A DNA stretch of 62,590 nt, counting the filler, from Stramenopiles sp. TOSAG23-2 (lineage: Eukaryota): the NCBI GenBank assembly GCA_900128395.1. It is 41 parts of 41 records of this genome, joined end to end, with 100 filler letters (N's around TTAATTAATTAA, not from the genome) between each part and the next. Parts side by side here need not be neighbours in the genome. Positions count along the whole stretch, not along the records: positions 38,312 to 39,737 come from LT652928.1; positions 39,838 to 41,263 come from LT652929.1; positions 41,364 to 42,789 come from LT652930.1; positions 42,890 to 44,314 come from LT652931.1; positions 44,415 to 45,839 come from LT652932.1; positions 45,940 to 47,364 come from LT652933.1; positions 47,465 to 48,889 come from LT652934.1; positions 48,990 to 50,414 come from LT652935.1; 33 more parts are not named here. The stretch is one strand, 5' to 3'. The position numbers were made by a program, and so were the translations under genes. A model generated the notes under the pieces. That model made no database searches. It saw nothing but the letters and a program-made list of their open reading frames with translations, and was not told the origin of the DNA. This document shows, one piece after another, positions 38,312 to 49,176 of this stretch (the stretch's first letter is position 1; the number at the start of each line of letters is the position of its first letter).

Positions 38312-39234
38312 ATATTTAAAACGAAAGGAAATGGAAGGTAAAACACCATGGTCGAAGGACAGGTGGAGTAAAAACTACGACAATTTAAAAAAGGCTAGAC
38401 TAGCAAAAGCGAAAAAGAATGCCAAATTGAAATCAAAGGACGCTAGCAAAGTGGCGGACGATGTTGCGGACGCTGGCAAAGCAAGTTTTTCAGGAAGAAA
38501 ACAAAAAGCTTGGGAGAAATATTTAAAACGAAAGGAAATGGAAGGTAAAACGCCATGGTCGAAGGACAAATGGAGTAAAAACTACGACAATTTGAAATAT
38601 GCAACAGAAGTTAAAAAGCTAAAGCGTATGACACTAAAAGAGCTTGAGGAATATTTAGCCACAATAAAGGCAGACTGTCCCCTTGGTAGACGTAGGCGTC
38701 TACTACAATTGGATTGTGCCAAACTAGTACAGGCAGTAAAAGGTGAAATAAAAACAGATAAATGGATAAAAACCCAAAAAAAAAAAATGGGATAAGTTGC
38801 TAGGGCATGAACAAATTAGTATTAAGAAAGCTTTTAGAAAGGGCCTTTTAAATAGTGATGAAATACAGATTAGAAACCCTCCCGGCGCTGACTTGTTCAA
38901 TACGAACACAAAGCAATATATTGAATTGAAAAAAACAAAATTAAAAGCTTCAAGTATAAAAACTCAGGTAGGAAATGCTGGTATACAAATGAAAAAAAAC
39001 AAAAACTCCGCCGTTCTTGTTGATTTAACAGGTTCTCCAGCTACAACTACTGATATGAGTAACTTGGTGAGAGATTTATTAAAAAAGAATCTTTTTAAAG
39101 GAAAATCTAAAGGTGTAGATGAGGTTATACTTTTTGTAGAAATTGTTAAAAAAAACACAAAAGGCAGCTTTGTTGAGTTTCGTAAGTATAAATTCAAAAA
39201 GAATGCACCTGTTGTTGTTACCAAGCTTAAGTGA
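38312..39234 (+). CDS. C-terminus of a putative polymorphic toxin with a PD-(D/E)xK (CdiA-C-like) nuclease tip; one-base frameshift in an A12 run
   Basis: HE...PGADL-x8-IELKK...SIKTQV..AG.Q...AVLVDLTGS...VDEVILF; ORFs 38331-38795 and 38797-39234 join by deleting one A at 38776-38787. Confidence 0.65.
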
Positions 39235-39543
39235 ATAATTTCAAAAATTAATTTAAGTTTTATTTTAANNNNNNNNNNNNNNNNNNNNNNNNNNNNNNNN
39301 NNNNNNNNNNNNNNNNNNNNNNNNNNNNNNNNNNNNNNNNNNNNNNNNNNNNNNNNNNNNNNNNNNNNNNTTAAGTTTTATTTTTCTTCGCAATTGTATT
39401 TAATTTTGCCTTCTTGTCATTAATATAGTGCAATTGCGAGGCACGGCTAGGCACAAAAAGCTAGGCATTATAAGCTAGGCACTTAGTTAGACAACTATTA
39501 CCTAAGATATAATACTCATACACAATTTAAACATAAAAACACC

Positions 39544-39705
39544 ATGAACTCTAGTGCAAAAAAGGAAAGTGCACCTGATGACAACGCAAAATAACGTAAA
39601 CAAGAAGCACAAGAAAATAAACTAAACGATAAATTAAAAACGTTACCTCAAGACCTACAAGACAAAATTATAGATACCAAAAAATTCCCAATTACAATAG
39701 AATAG
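39544..39705 (+). pseudogene. Short disrupted ORF with an F-box-like motif
   Basis: MNSSAKKESAPDDNAK*RKQEAQENKLNDKLKTLPQDLQDKIIDTKK. Confidence 0.3.
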
Positions 39706-40096
39706 TTCCACCGGAATAGGAGGGGGATCTCCATGGGNNNNNNNNNNNNNNNNNNNNNNNNNNNNNNNNNNNNNNNNNNNNTTAATTAATTAANNNNNNN
39801 NNNNNNNNNNNNNNNNNNNNNNNNNNNNNNNNNNNNNGTCACATATACATATATATACATATATATATATATATATATCTTTTTGTTTTAAGATATATTA
39901 TTATATATATATATTAATATATATGCATATATCTTATAATAGAGAAGCAAAAAAAAAGAGGATCGAGAGGTACAAGTTAAAGTATATAATAATAACACTA
40001 TAACTTGTACCTCTCGATCCTTATAATATATTTATAATAAGGTGCTATTATAAGCAGCTGGACTCAAATATAAAATATCATCATCACAATTATTTC

Positions 40097-41077
40097 TTAC
40101 AATTCATCCTTCCCTTTCCTTTTCTTCTTGGATTTCCGTCGCTTTCGCTTTGGCTTGTTGGTCTCTATAATTCTATACATGTCTTTTGGTACTCGTGGTA
40201 CCAGTTTGATAATTTCTGGACTTTGCACCCATCGTTGTGCTGTGAACTTCTCACCTTTTACAATTGGGCACCCTCCATGCCAAGTTCTTTTATCGCTTTC
40301 ACCGTTGGCGAGCCGGGGAAGAAAAAGCAATACTCGCCCTTTTGCTGGTTTGACTCGTAACGTCTCGGAGCAACAACAATGGGGCATTTCTTTATAATGG
40401 GAATAATTTGATGCATCACACATGACTTCGTCTCTACAGGAACGTTTCTTAAAGTTTCCAGTACTATTGTAGTATGGGACGGCGACACCATCCGGCTCAA
40501 GCCTTTTTTCTACCAAAGGGAATATTGTCTCTCCCCCTTCCAAAGGGGTTGTAAGGTACATCAAGACAGTTGCAAAGCGAAAATTTATGCTGGACTGGAC
40601 GGCTGCCGAATAATCATAATGTGGCTGATAAAGTTGTTTTTTTTCATACTTTTGAATCTGCAATGCTTCGAATTGCTGATCTTTCTTCAAGGCATATGTT
40701 TCCCCTTGGAGTGGAACAGTTAGGAGTAAGTCACGAATACGCTTTCGTATTTTTCTCACTATTTTATGATTTGCTTGATGCTCAGTCAAAAAGTGGGAAG
40801 AAGATGTACGTTTCGAAATATCTTGATCTCCCGCTGTTTTTGCTGGAATCAAGTGCGGAATTGACATGTTTACAAGGTAATCGCACTCTTTTGCAGTCAG
40901 AAAATGATCAATGACAGCAATCGGTGGATTGAAACTTAACAATTGTCCATTTTCGTAGTGATCCAATGCATGGGACCATGCATTCAAGGAATTCGCATTT
41001 GTATTAACGATGACCCCACAAAGATAAAAGTATGGCGTTATGATGGCATGGAGAAACATTATTATTATCCTGCGCAT
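40097..41077 (-). CDS. Prolyl 4-hydroxylase (2OG-Fe(II)), ER-resident, complete
   Basis: Signal peptide, RTSSSHFL, YQPHYD, ATVLMYL...EGGETIFP, HGGCPIVKGEKF, C-terminal KDEL. Confidence 0.93.
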   Translation of the reverse strand: MRRIIIMFLHAIITPYFYLCGVIVNTNANSLNAWSHALDHYENGQLLSFNPPIAVIDHFLTAKECDYLVNMSIPHLIPAKTAGDQDISKRTSSSHFLTEHQANHKIVRKIRKRIRDLLLTVPLQGETYALKKDQQFEALQIQKYEKKQLYQPHYDYSAAVQSSINFRFATVLMYLTTPLEGGETIFPLVEKRLEPDGVAVPYYNSTGNFKKRSCRDEVMCDASNYSHYKEMPHCCCSETLRVKPAKGRVLLFLPRLANGESDKRTWHGGCPIVKGEKFTAQRWVQSPEIIKLVPRVPKDMYRIIETNKPKRKRRKSKKKRKGKDEL

Positions 41078-41363
41078 GGCGTCATATGTGTTTCAAACTC
41101 AAATTCAGTATAAAAAAGAGAGCAATAGATAAATGGTTATGCCTATCGAACATTTGTTTCATATAAGTTTATTGTATATCTTCTATCTTTCTATCTATCT
41201 ATATATATATATCGATTTCAAACTGATGAAATCTCTATAATTATAATATATGGTGTGTAATGGNNNNNNNNNNNNNNNNNNNNNNNNNNNNNNNNNNNNN
41301 NNNNNNNTTAATTAATTAANNNNNNNNNNNNNNNNNNNNNNNNNNNNNNNNNNNNNNNNNNNN

Positions 41364-41718
41364 AGATACCAATTTGCTTACTGGACATATTGAACATGCA
41401 GACGAAGAAATGATTAATGAATATGGACATGCAATGACATACAAGGATAATGTGGAATATGGTCCTTGGCAAACGGGTATGGATTTTGTCATTCATTATA
41501 TCGTTGATGATGGCGATGCTTCACGTACAAACCGGGACCATTTATTTGCACCAACTACACGGTGTTGTGGCATATCAGTAGCAGACCATGAGTTGTATGG
41601 TAGTGCATGTGTTATGAATTTTGCTGAACATTTTGTGGAAGGTCATTTACTTGAAAATTTAAACGAAGATAGCGACGACCAGGTAGAATTAGGATTATCT
41701 GTACATTTACGAAACTGA
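41364..41718 (+). CDS. CAP/SCP-domain protein C-terminus
   Basis: DNVEYG...IVDDGDASRTNRDHLF...GISVADHELYGSACVMNFA. Confidence 0.75.
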
Positions 41719-41963
41719 AAAGAAGGAGAAACATGAAGAGGGAGATATTTTGTGAGAGAGTGTAATATTGTTTTTTAAAAACATGTGTGTTACGAGTATA
41801 CGTAATATTATATAAATACCGAGAAATATTCGTATATTATATATACGTTGTATGATATACGAAGTAATTTATTCGTACCGAGTATATTATGCATCATATG
41901 TGTTCGTATTTACGAAACTATAAAAATATTTTTGATATGATAGATCCCTGTCATTTGACCCTT

Positions 41964-42789
41964 CTAAACATTTGCGGAATATTGATTTGATGGCATACTT
42001 GGACTTTCATCTCCATTCAAATTCAATCTTGGTGGATCAACTTGTCTACTTCGAAGAGCTCTACTAGGCGTACTTGCAACGACTAATCCTGTTACACCAC
42101 TAGCAGATGGCATGTTAAATGTTGCCGTGGAGCGATAGCCATCTGTATCATCCTCATCATCGTAACCTAATAAACTTGTATTTTCATCTATACCATTTAA
42201 ATCCTCTACTTTTTCTTGGCCAGAACCCCAATCTCCACTTCCGCCAGTGCCACCAGTTCTGCTACTACTAGCTTTCACATATTGTGGTGAGGTATCTTCC
42301 TCGTCATCATCATTTGATTTACGCTGTGCAAGTATATGCACACCAAAGATTGTACATCCTAAACCTAATAAAAACATAATTACCTGTATAGCTTGTAGAT
42401 TTAAATATTCTTTGTAAAAAACAAATCCACCAATAACAGAAACTAGAGTCCAAAAAGTTTGAAATACTGGAATAACGATTAATGCATCAAATCGTTCAAG
42501 TGCAAAATTTAAAAATGATAATTGGCCAAAAATACTTAAAAACATTGCAGCTAATAAAACATATGTACCAAAATGCATAAATAAATTACCTCTACCAGCA
42601 ATTAATGTCTTCACTAGCTCGGCACAACTTTTACCTAACAAAACACTTTGAGCACCAATAATACCACTTAGCATGGCGTGTGCAAATTTATGATATGATG
42701 CTATACAACTTTTTGAATTGTATGTGTAACGAAATTCAACAGACCCATCGTCATTTGGTGGAGCAAGATATTTATTTTCAATATATTGT
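41964..42789 (-). CDS. NIPA-family magnesium transporter-like protein, 5'-truncated
   Basis: GAQSVLLGKS, QLSFLNFALERFDALIVIPVFQ, GGFVFYKEY. Confidence 0.88.
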
Positions 42790-42889
42790 NNNNNNNNNNN
42801 NNNNNNNNNNNNNNNNNNNNNNNNNNNNNNNNNTTAATTAATTAANNNNNNNNNNNNNNNNNNNNNNNNNNNNNNNNNNNNNNNNNNNN

Positions 42890-43847
42890 TACATATATAC
42901 TTGATGGGGAATTTTATAGTAAACAAAAATTTTGCTTAGCACCATATTTTACGTCAGAAATTGAAATGTTATCACCACAATTGCAATATTGCACATTTGA
43001 TGTTAAGAACGAGAGCAACAGCAACAATAACGCCAATCAATTGACTAGTAATGAACCATTATGTTTAACAATGACAACACCACAAGATTGTATTATAATG
43101 GCAAAGGCATATTTTCAAAAAAATGGTAATAAACGCGACGGTGATTCTTCAATAATGATTCAGCAACATTTGTTGAATAACAACAACAATAATAATAATG
43201 CTGGTGATCGAAGAAACGAAGTTCAAATATATTGTAAATTCCCAACAAAAGGTAAATACGTCTTGAAAATATTTGCTAATAGTACAAATGCTACGTTAAA
43301 ACAAGATGATCCATTGAAAAAAACATATTCCGAGGTGTCATATGATTTATGTTGCGAATATTTAATAAACGTCGTTGATACAATTATGAAATATGATTTT
43401 CCAAAACTGTTTGAACAATGGTTGGAAAATGACATGCAATTTATTCATACAAAGGACAACCTGTTGTTTAAATCATCACATTTACAACTACTTTCAATTG
43501 ATGAAAATAATAATAACAATAATGTGCATTTTCAATTCATGAAAGGCGACAGCAATCGATTTAAACGAAATACACCAGATTTCAATGAAATTCATATTGT
43601 ATTGAATGATGGTGATCTTGGTGATATGTTGAAATATGATGAAGTCAAGAAAGAATTCAATGGAACATTACATTTAACCAAACAAATAAAAATCATAACA
43701 TTAGGTACAATTACTGAATCTGGGCAATTAAGACAATTGATACGATGGTGGGTTGGTAATAATGATAATAAAAAGAAGAAAAAAAAGAATGCTAATAAAA
43801 AGCATGGAACAAAGAAAAGTGCCGTTGTGAAAAAAAAGAAAATTTGA
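42890..43847 (+). CDS. KY/hillarin-like (transglutaminase-associated Ig-like) C-terminal region
   Basis: EVQIYCKFPTKGKYVLKIFA...CCEYLI...FPK pattern. Confidence 0.55.
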
Positions 43848-44920
43848 TCAGGGAAAAACATATGCGTGTGTGAGGAGTTTGTTACGAAATACAAAGGCCG
43901 TAGATGATAATTAATTGAAGTGGTATGATATTTTAAAATGTGCCCATCTTCAATATCACGCACACACAACAAATAATTTTTGAGGTTCATAAAATAAAAT
44001 TTTAAAAAATACGACGTACGGAAGTACTCAGGTAAAACGTAAAAAAAATGATAAAATATATTATATAATATGGTATTTTAAATTTTTATCCTCCTGATAT
44101 ATATTTATATATCATATTATATCCGTATTTTTTTTTTGATATTACGACGAGTATGATTGTATATACGAACCTGTCTCATAATTTAAAATATTATATGATA
44201 GGGGGACGTAATGCGTTGCTAATATCATATCATATCATATTTATTTTTTAAATATTTCAATATTTATTAATATTATCCAAACACTCTCACTCTCACAATA
44301 ACATGTCTTGTCCGNNNNNNNNNNNNNNNNNNNNNNNNNNNNNNNNNNNNNNNNNNNNTTAATTAATTAANNNNNNNNNNNNNNNNNNNNNNNNNNNNNN
44401 NNNNNNNNNNNNNNGAAGAAAGAAAAAAAAGGGTGAAAAGAGTTGTGGTGTGGAGGGTTGGGGATAAGGAAGATATATAATAATATTTAAATAAATGAAG
44501 TTGCAAATCCTTATAAAAAAATAACAACAAAAAAAGTGCAAAAAGATATTGTCCGCCAGATATAATAAAGTGCATAGCTAATCCAGTTACAGTATACCTG
44601 GTGGTAGGAATACATTAAAATATTAGGAGGATCTTACGCAAGCAAGCCGGGCAAGGATTATTAAAATCAAAAGGTGTCATACCTTTTTTTTTTTAAAATA
44701 TTATAAGTATGAATGTTGTATACTAATATAAATACTACTATTTGACCAAACGCATCAATAAATAATAATTATATAATTATTCATATTCAATTCGGACATA
44801 CGTAACGATAGATATAGATAAGTTTATGTTGTAATTATAAAAAAGAAGCATCATTCAACAAAAAAGGAAAAGATACGGGGGCGGGGGGGGGACGAAAACA
44901 GAATAAATTTACAAAATATT

Positions 44921-45740
44921 ATGAAAAATATAAAAGTACTATTCTACGTGCCGAACTTATTATGTTATATGCGAATGTACTTATCATTTTATGCTTTATT
45001 TATCGTTCAGCAACAACAACAGGTAATCAATAGAAACCAGGATAAGTACTTTTCAAGTTGCAAATTATATATTATTTTAATATGCATTGCTATCTTTACA
45101 GATTTTCTTGATGGATACTTCGCACGTTGCTTAAATCAACGTTCGAATATTGGTATTTTTTTGGATGTTATAGCTGATAATGTATTACGAAGCTCTTTAT
45201 GGATGTAAGTTAAAGATACTTTTTGAAAATTCTTCAATTTTCTTTTTTTATATCTAATATACTAACATTATAAATAAAAATTACTACAGTGGTGCAATAA
45301 TTGTCGATCCATCATTTTTGCTTTTAGGGACACTGGTTATTTGTATTGAGTGGATAACATTCGTTTCTACGCAACTTTTTGGCATTAAAAAGGAATTAGG
45401 CCATTGGAAGAAGAAAACAAATGGAGAGAAATTACCATGGATAATACAAAAATATTTTGAAAATGGTTTTAAAAATGTGTTAGGTGGCTCTGGGATTTTA
45501 TCTTTATTTTTTACTCCATTGTATATATATGTGCAGAAGACAATCGGTTTTAAAGTTTTGTTTCAAAGTACAATGTTCAGCTTTGATGATGGTATATGGT
45601 ATGATTACTTAGGATTTTATTTATTTGCGTTTCGTGTATTTTCATGTTGTATAGAATTATATTTTATTTCTGAATATTTTATATATGCATTAGAAGAGGA
45701 AGAGGTAGTACAAACAAAGAAGGAGAAGAAAAAGATTTAG
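44921..45740 (+). CDS. CDP-alcohol phosphatidyltransferase (PI-synthase-like), two exons, intron 45205-45289
   Basis: YVPNLLCYMR; DFLDGYFARCLNQRSNIGIFLDVIAD motif; GTAAGT...TACTAAC...CAG intron joins the two ORFs in frame. Confidence 0.9.
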
Positions 45741-45939
45741 AGGAGTATTTTATAAAAATAAAGTAAAATGTACAGTGCTACACGCGCGTATTTTAATTTT
45801 TTATTCCTACTCATGACAATTCCTACTCTCAAAAGAATANNNNNNNNNNNNNNNNNNNNNNNNNNNNNNNNNNNNNNNNNNNNTTAATTAATTAANNNNN
45901 NNNNNNNNNNNNNNNNNNNNNNNNNNNNNNNNNNNNNNN

Positions 45940-46219
45940 TTCTTTCCAATTGTATCTTTGCAATGGACATAGCCCATTTTTCATAATAACTTGAATTATC
46001 ATATACTTCTTTGCTTAATGATTCAATTCCACGCCTTAGTTCATCTACATTCATTACATTTTTTCTCATGAGCAATGTTAAACATGCATGTATTTGTTTT
46101 TCCCAATACTGCACTTCATGCTTTTCCCTATCAATTTTATCATAATGTTGTATTTTACCACCTACATCTTGTACTTGCGCTGCTGAACGTATGGATGGCG
46201 TTGGTATTAATGATGACAT
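45940..46219 (-). CDS. Nitrile hydratase beta-subunit N-terminal domain, 3'-truncated
   Basis: QDVGG...WEKQIHA...NVDELRRGIESL...YDNSSYYEKW. Confidence 0.88.
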
Positions 46220-46227
46220 ATTGACGT

Positions 46228-46532
46228 ACAGTATATAAAATGCAGTATTGTTTATAATAAATAAATTAAATGTAGCTACGATATATTATTTACAATATGG
46301 ATCTTTTTTTACGATATGCAATAAAATGACAGTATATAAAATGCAGTATTGTTTATAATAAATAAATTAAATGTAGCTACGATATATTATTTACAATATG
46401 GATCTTTTTTTACGATATGCAATAAAATGACAGTATATAAAATGCAGTATTGTTTATAATAAATAAATTAAATGTAGCTACGATATATTATTTACAATAT
46501 GGATCTTTTTTTACGATATGCAATAAAATGAC
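46228..46532 (+). repeat. Three identical 101-bp tandem units directly upstream of the nitrile hydratase ATG
   Basis: ACAGTATATAAAATGCAG... at 101-bp period. Confidence 0.9.
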
Positions 46533-47645
46533 ATTGCAGTATGAAATATATATATATAGAGAACATATATAGAGATGTATATGTCAATTGTAATTGCAAA
46601 TCTTTTTCGATCGAAAGAAAGAAAGTGAGGTAGGATATAACCAGGATAACTGTAGTCGAGGCAATTTGGTAGAGTTAGTGCTGTGTGTATGTATTTTTCC
46701 TCAAATCTTCCAGTTATTTGCCGTCTTTTCGCTGCTATTTCAGCCTATTGTTCCATAAATTCCAGTTTCCAAAAACCTGTTTTTAAATGTGTTTTCTTGG
46801 ATTTTGGTATAGTTAAATATACTTCATCCTATATATTATTGTACTATTTTACGTAGTTCTTCTGTTCAAAATATAGCAAAAAATAGACAAATAACACTGA
46901 AGATAAATGAATCATGGTATATATATTTAGATGGTAGAAAAGAAGGGAATTTTACTTTTAAACATGCATCTATAACTTTTATCTCAACACATACTTCGTT
47001 TCACATATTTGCACAGTGCTTCTTTACACCCCAAACAAAAACATATTAATTTTGTGAAACGGAACTTGTGTTGAGAATTTTTTTATAAGAACCGTTATAA
47101 TCTTGAAATGGAAGGCCTAATTATTTATATATATTAATAACATATGGTTCTACATTTATATGTATATTAGTGTAGATAATATATAATACATACTTGAAAC
47201 ATAATATTTATACATACAAAGGTGGTTATATAGATCAAATATATATTGAAGAATTATTCTAGCAAAAAAAGTAACGAAAAAAATATAGAATTAAAAATTT
47301 TATGTTATATGAAGGTATATTAAATTACAAATTTCTAGGTGATAAACATAGAAATATTGGTTTTNNNNNNNNNNNNNNNNNNNNNNNNNNNNNNNNNNNN
47401 NNNNNNNNTTAATTAATTAANNNNNNNNNNNNNNNNNNNNNNNNNNNNNNNNNNNNNNNNNNNNACACACACATTTAGTCATAGAAAAACATGTAGATTG
47501 TAAGTGGATCGATGCAGAGAGAGATGGTGACGACAAGAGATTAAAAGAAAGAAGATAATAAACAAACAAATCATCATTTGAATCATTTATAGTTATTCAT
47601 AGTTATAACACGAAATAAAGATATATTTATATATTATATTATATA

Positions 47646-48889
47646 ATGCCATCGTCATCGATCACACCTGTTGATATTGAATCTGGTTTAAATACAGGGG
47701 ATGCATTGTTAACCACTGTTACTGTTGGTGGTGCAGTTGTTGGTGGGGCCATTGTGGGAATGGAAAAAGTTGCACCAAAAAGTATTAAAAATAAAATGAA
47801 ACGTCAAAAAAGTTATTTGAAAAAAAAAGCAGAAGAGATAAAACAAAATAATCCATGTTGTTTTCGTTTCATAAACACGATTCTTGCTATAATTAATTTA
47901 GGATTGTATTTTTTTGATATAATTAGTGATGTCAATTTATTATTTATATTTTGGAAAAATAATCATATGGATTGGTTCTATCTCACACTTCTCTTTTTAT
48001 GTTTAAATCATTTCATCGCTATTGTTGGTATTGTAGTGTATTTAAGAAAAGAGAAAGAATGGCCGACTAAATGGTTATTAGGTACGTCGCCATTTATCAT
48101 AATTGCACCATTACTTTTAGATGTATGTATGCCATTTTATCGTTTATTACAAAAGTATTTACCTGACGATTTTGTTACTTTTATGGTATCGTATGAAGCT
48201 ACACGTACATTAAGTGAAAGTTTTCTTGAATCATTACCACAGACATGTTTACAAGTATATATATATTTCCAATGCCTTGATGTTACATGTGCTGGTATTG
48301 AAAGAGAAGGACAATCGGCATTATTGTTTTCATTAGCTATTAGTGGTGCATCTTTATTATTTCATATAATAACAACTATATATGAAATGAGAAAAGAAGG
48401 TTTAAATTGTTGTGGATATTTTAATTCATTGATACAAATGGGTGTAGGATTACCTTTACGTGCAATTGTATCAAATACGATTGGGGAAGAGTTAGAAATT
48501 GATTATGATTTATTAGATGGACAAATTCGATCATTGGGAGTGGCATTACGATCGAATACATCGTTAGAGAAGATTGAAGTGAGAAAGCAAAATGATGGAA
48601 ATGGGTTGGCAATGGTTTTAGGTGAATTGTTAAAAACAAACAATACATTAACGAGATTGTACCTATATAATAATAATATTACTGATGTACAAAGTATCGG
48701 TGATGGATTAAAAACAAACAATACATTAACATCATTGCGCCTAGATAATAATAATATTACTGATGATAGTGGAATACAAAGTATTATTGATGTATTAAAA
48801 ACAAACAATACATTAAAGGAATTGGGCCTAAATCATAATAATATTACTGATGTACAAAGTATTGGTGAAGGATTAAAAACAAACAATCT
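47646..48889 (+). CDS. XK-related membrane domain fused to RI-type leucine-rich repeats (partial)
   Basis: YFFDIISDV and ESFLESLPQTCLQVY (XK-like); LKTNNTLTxLxLxNNNITD repeats. Confidence 0.75.
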
Positions 48890-49176
48890 NNNNNNNNNNN
48901 NNNNNNNNNNNNNNNNNNNNNNNNNNNNNNNNNTTAATTAATTAANNNNNNNNNNNNNNNNNNNNNNNNNNNNNNNNNNNNNNNNNNNNGTTTGTGCCGG
49001 TCACGGTAATTACTGATACTATGTTAAAAGTGAAATATATCGACGCAGAAGTAGTCAATCAGTTTAATGGGTACAATTTCCAAACAGTTAGTACTACTAA
49101 AAAGGTTCTTTGTTACTCCGGTGTTACAAAAGTTCCAGCCAAGTCAATTAAAACCCCACTTGTGAACCGCGGGCCT

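Noticed and set aside
38776..38787. Programmed frameshift or phase variation in the A12 run
   Set aside because: Cannot be separated from the homopolymer errors seen in ACCase and VWA8
39544..39705. Alternative genetic code (TAA/TAG read as Gln)
   Set aside because: Conserved genes end correctly at TAA, TAG and TGA (SRP9, IMP4, amidohydrolase); internal stops occur only in decayed ORFs
48990..49176. GPRFTS as a retroviral integrase remnant
   Set aside because: Six-residue resemblance only; the surrounding frames are closed
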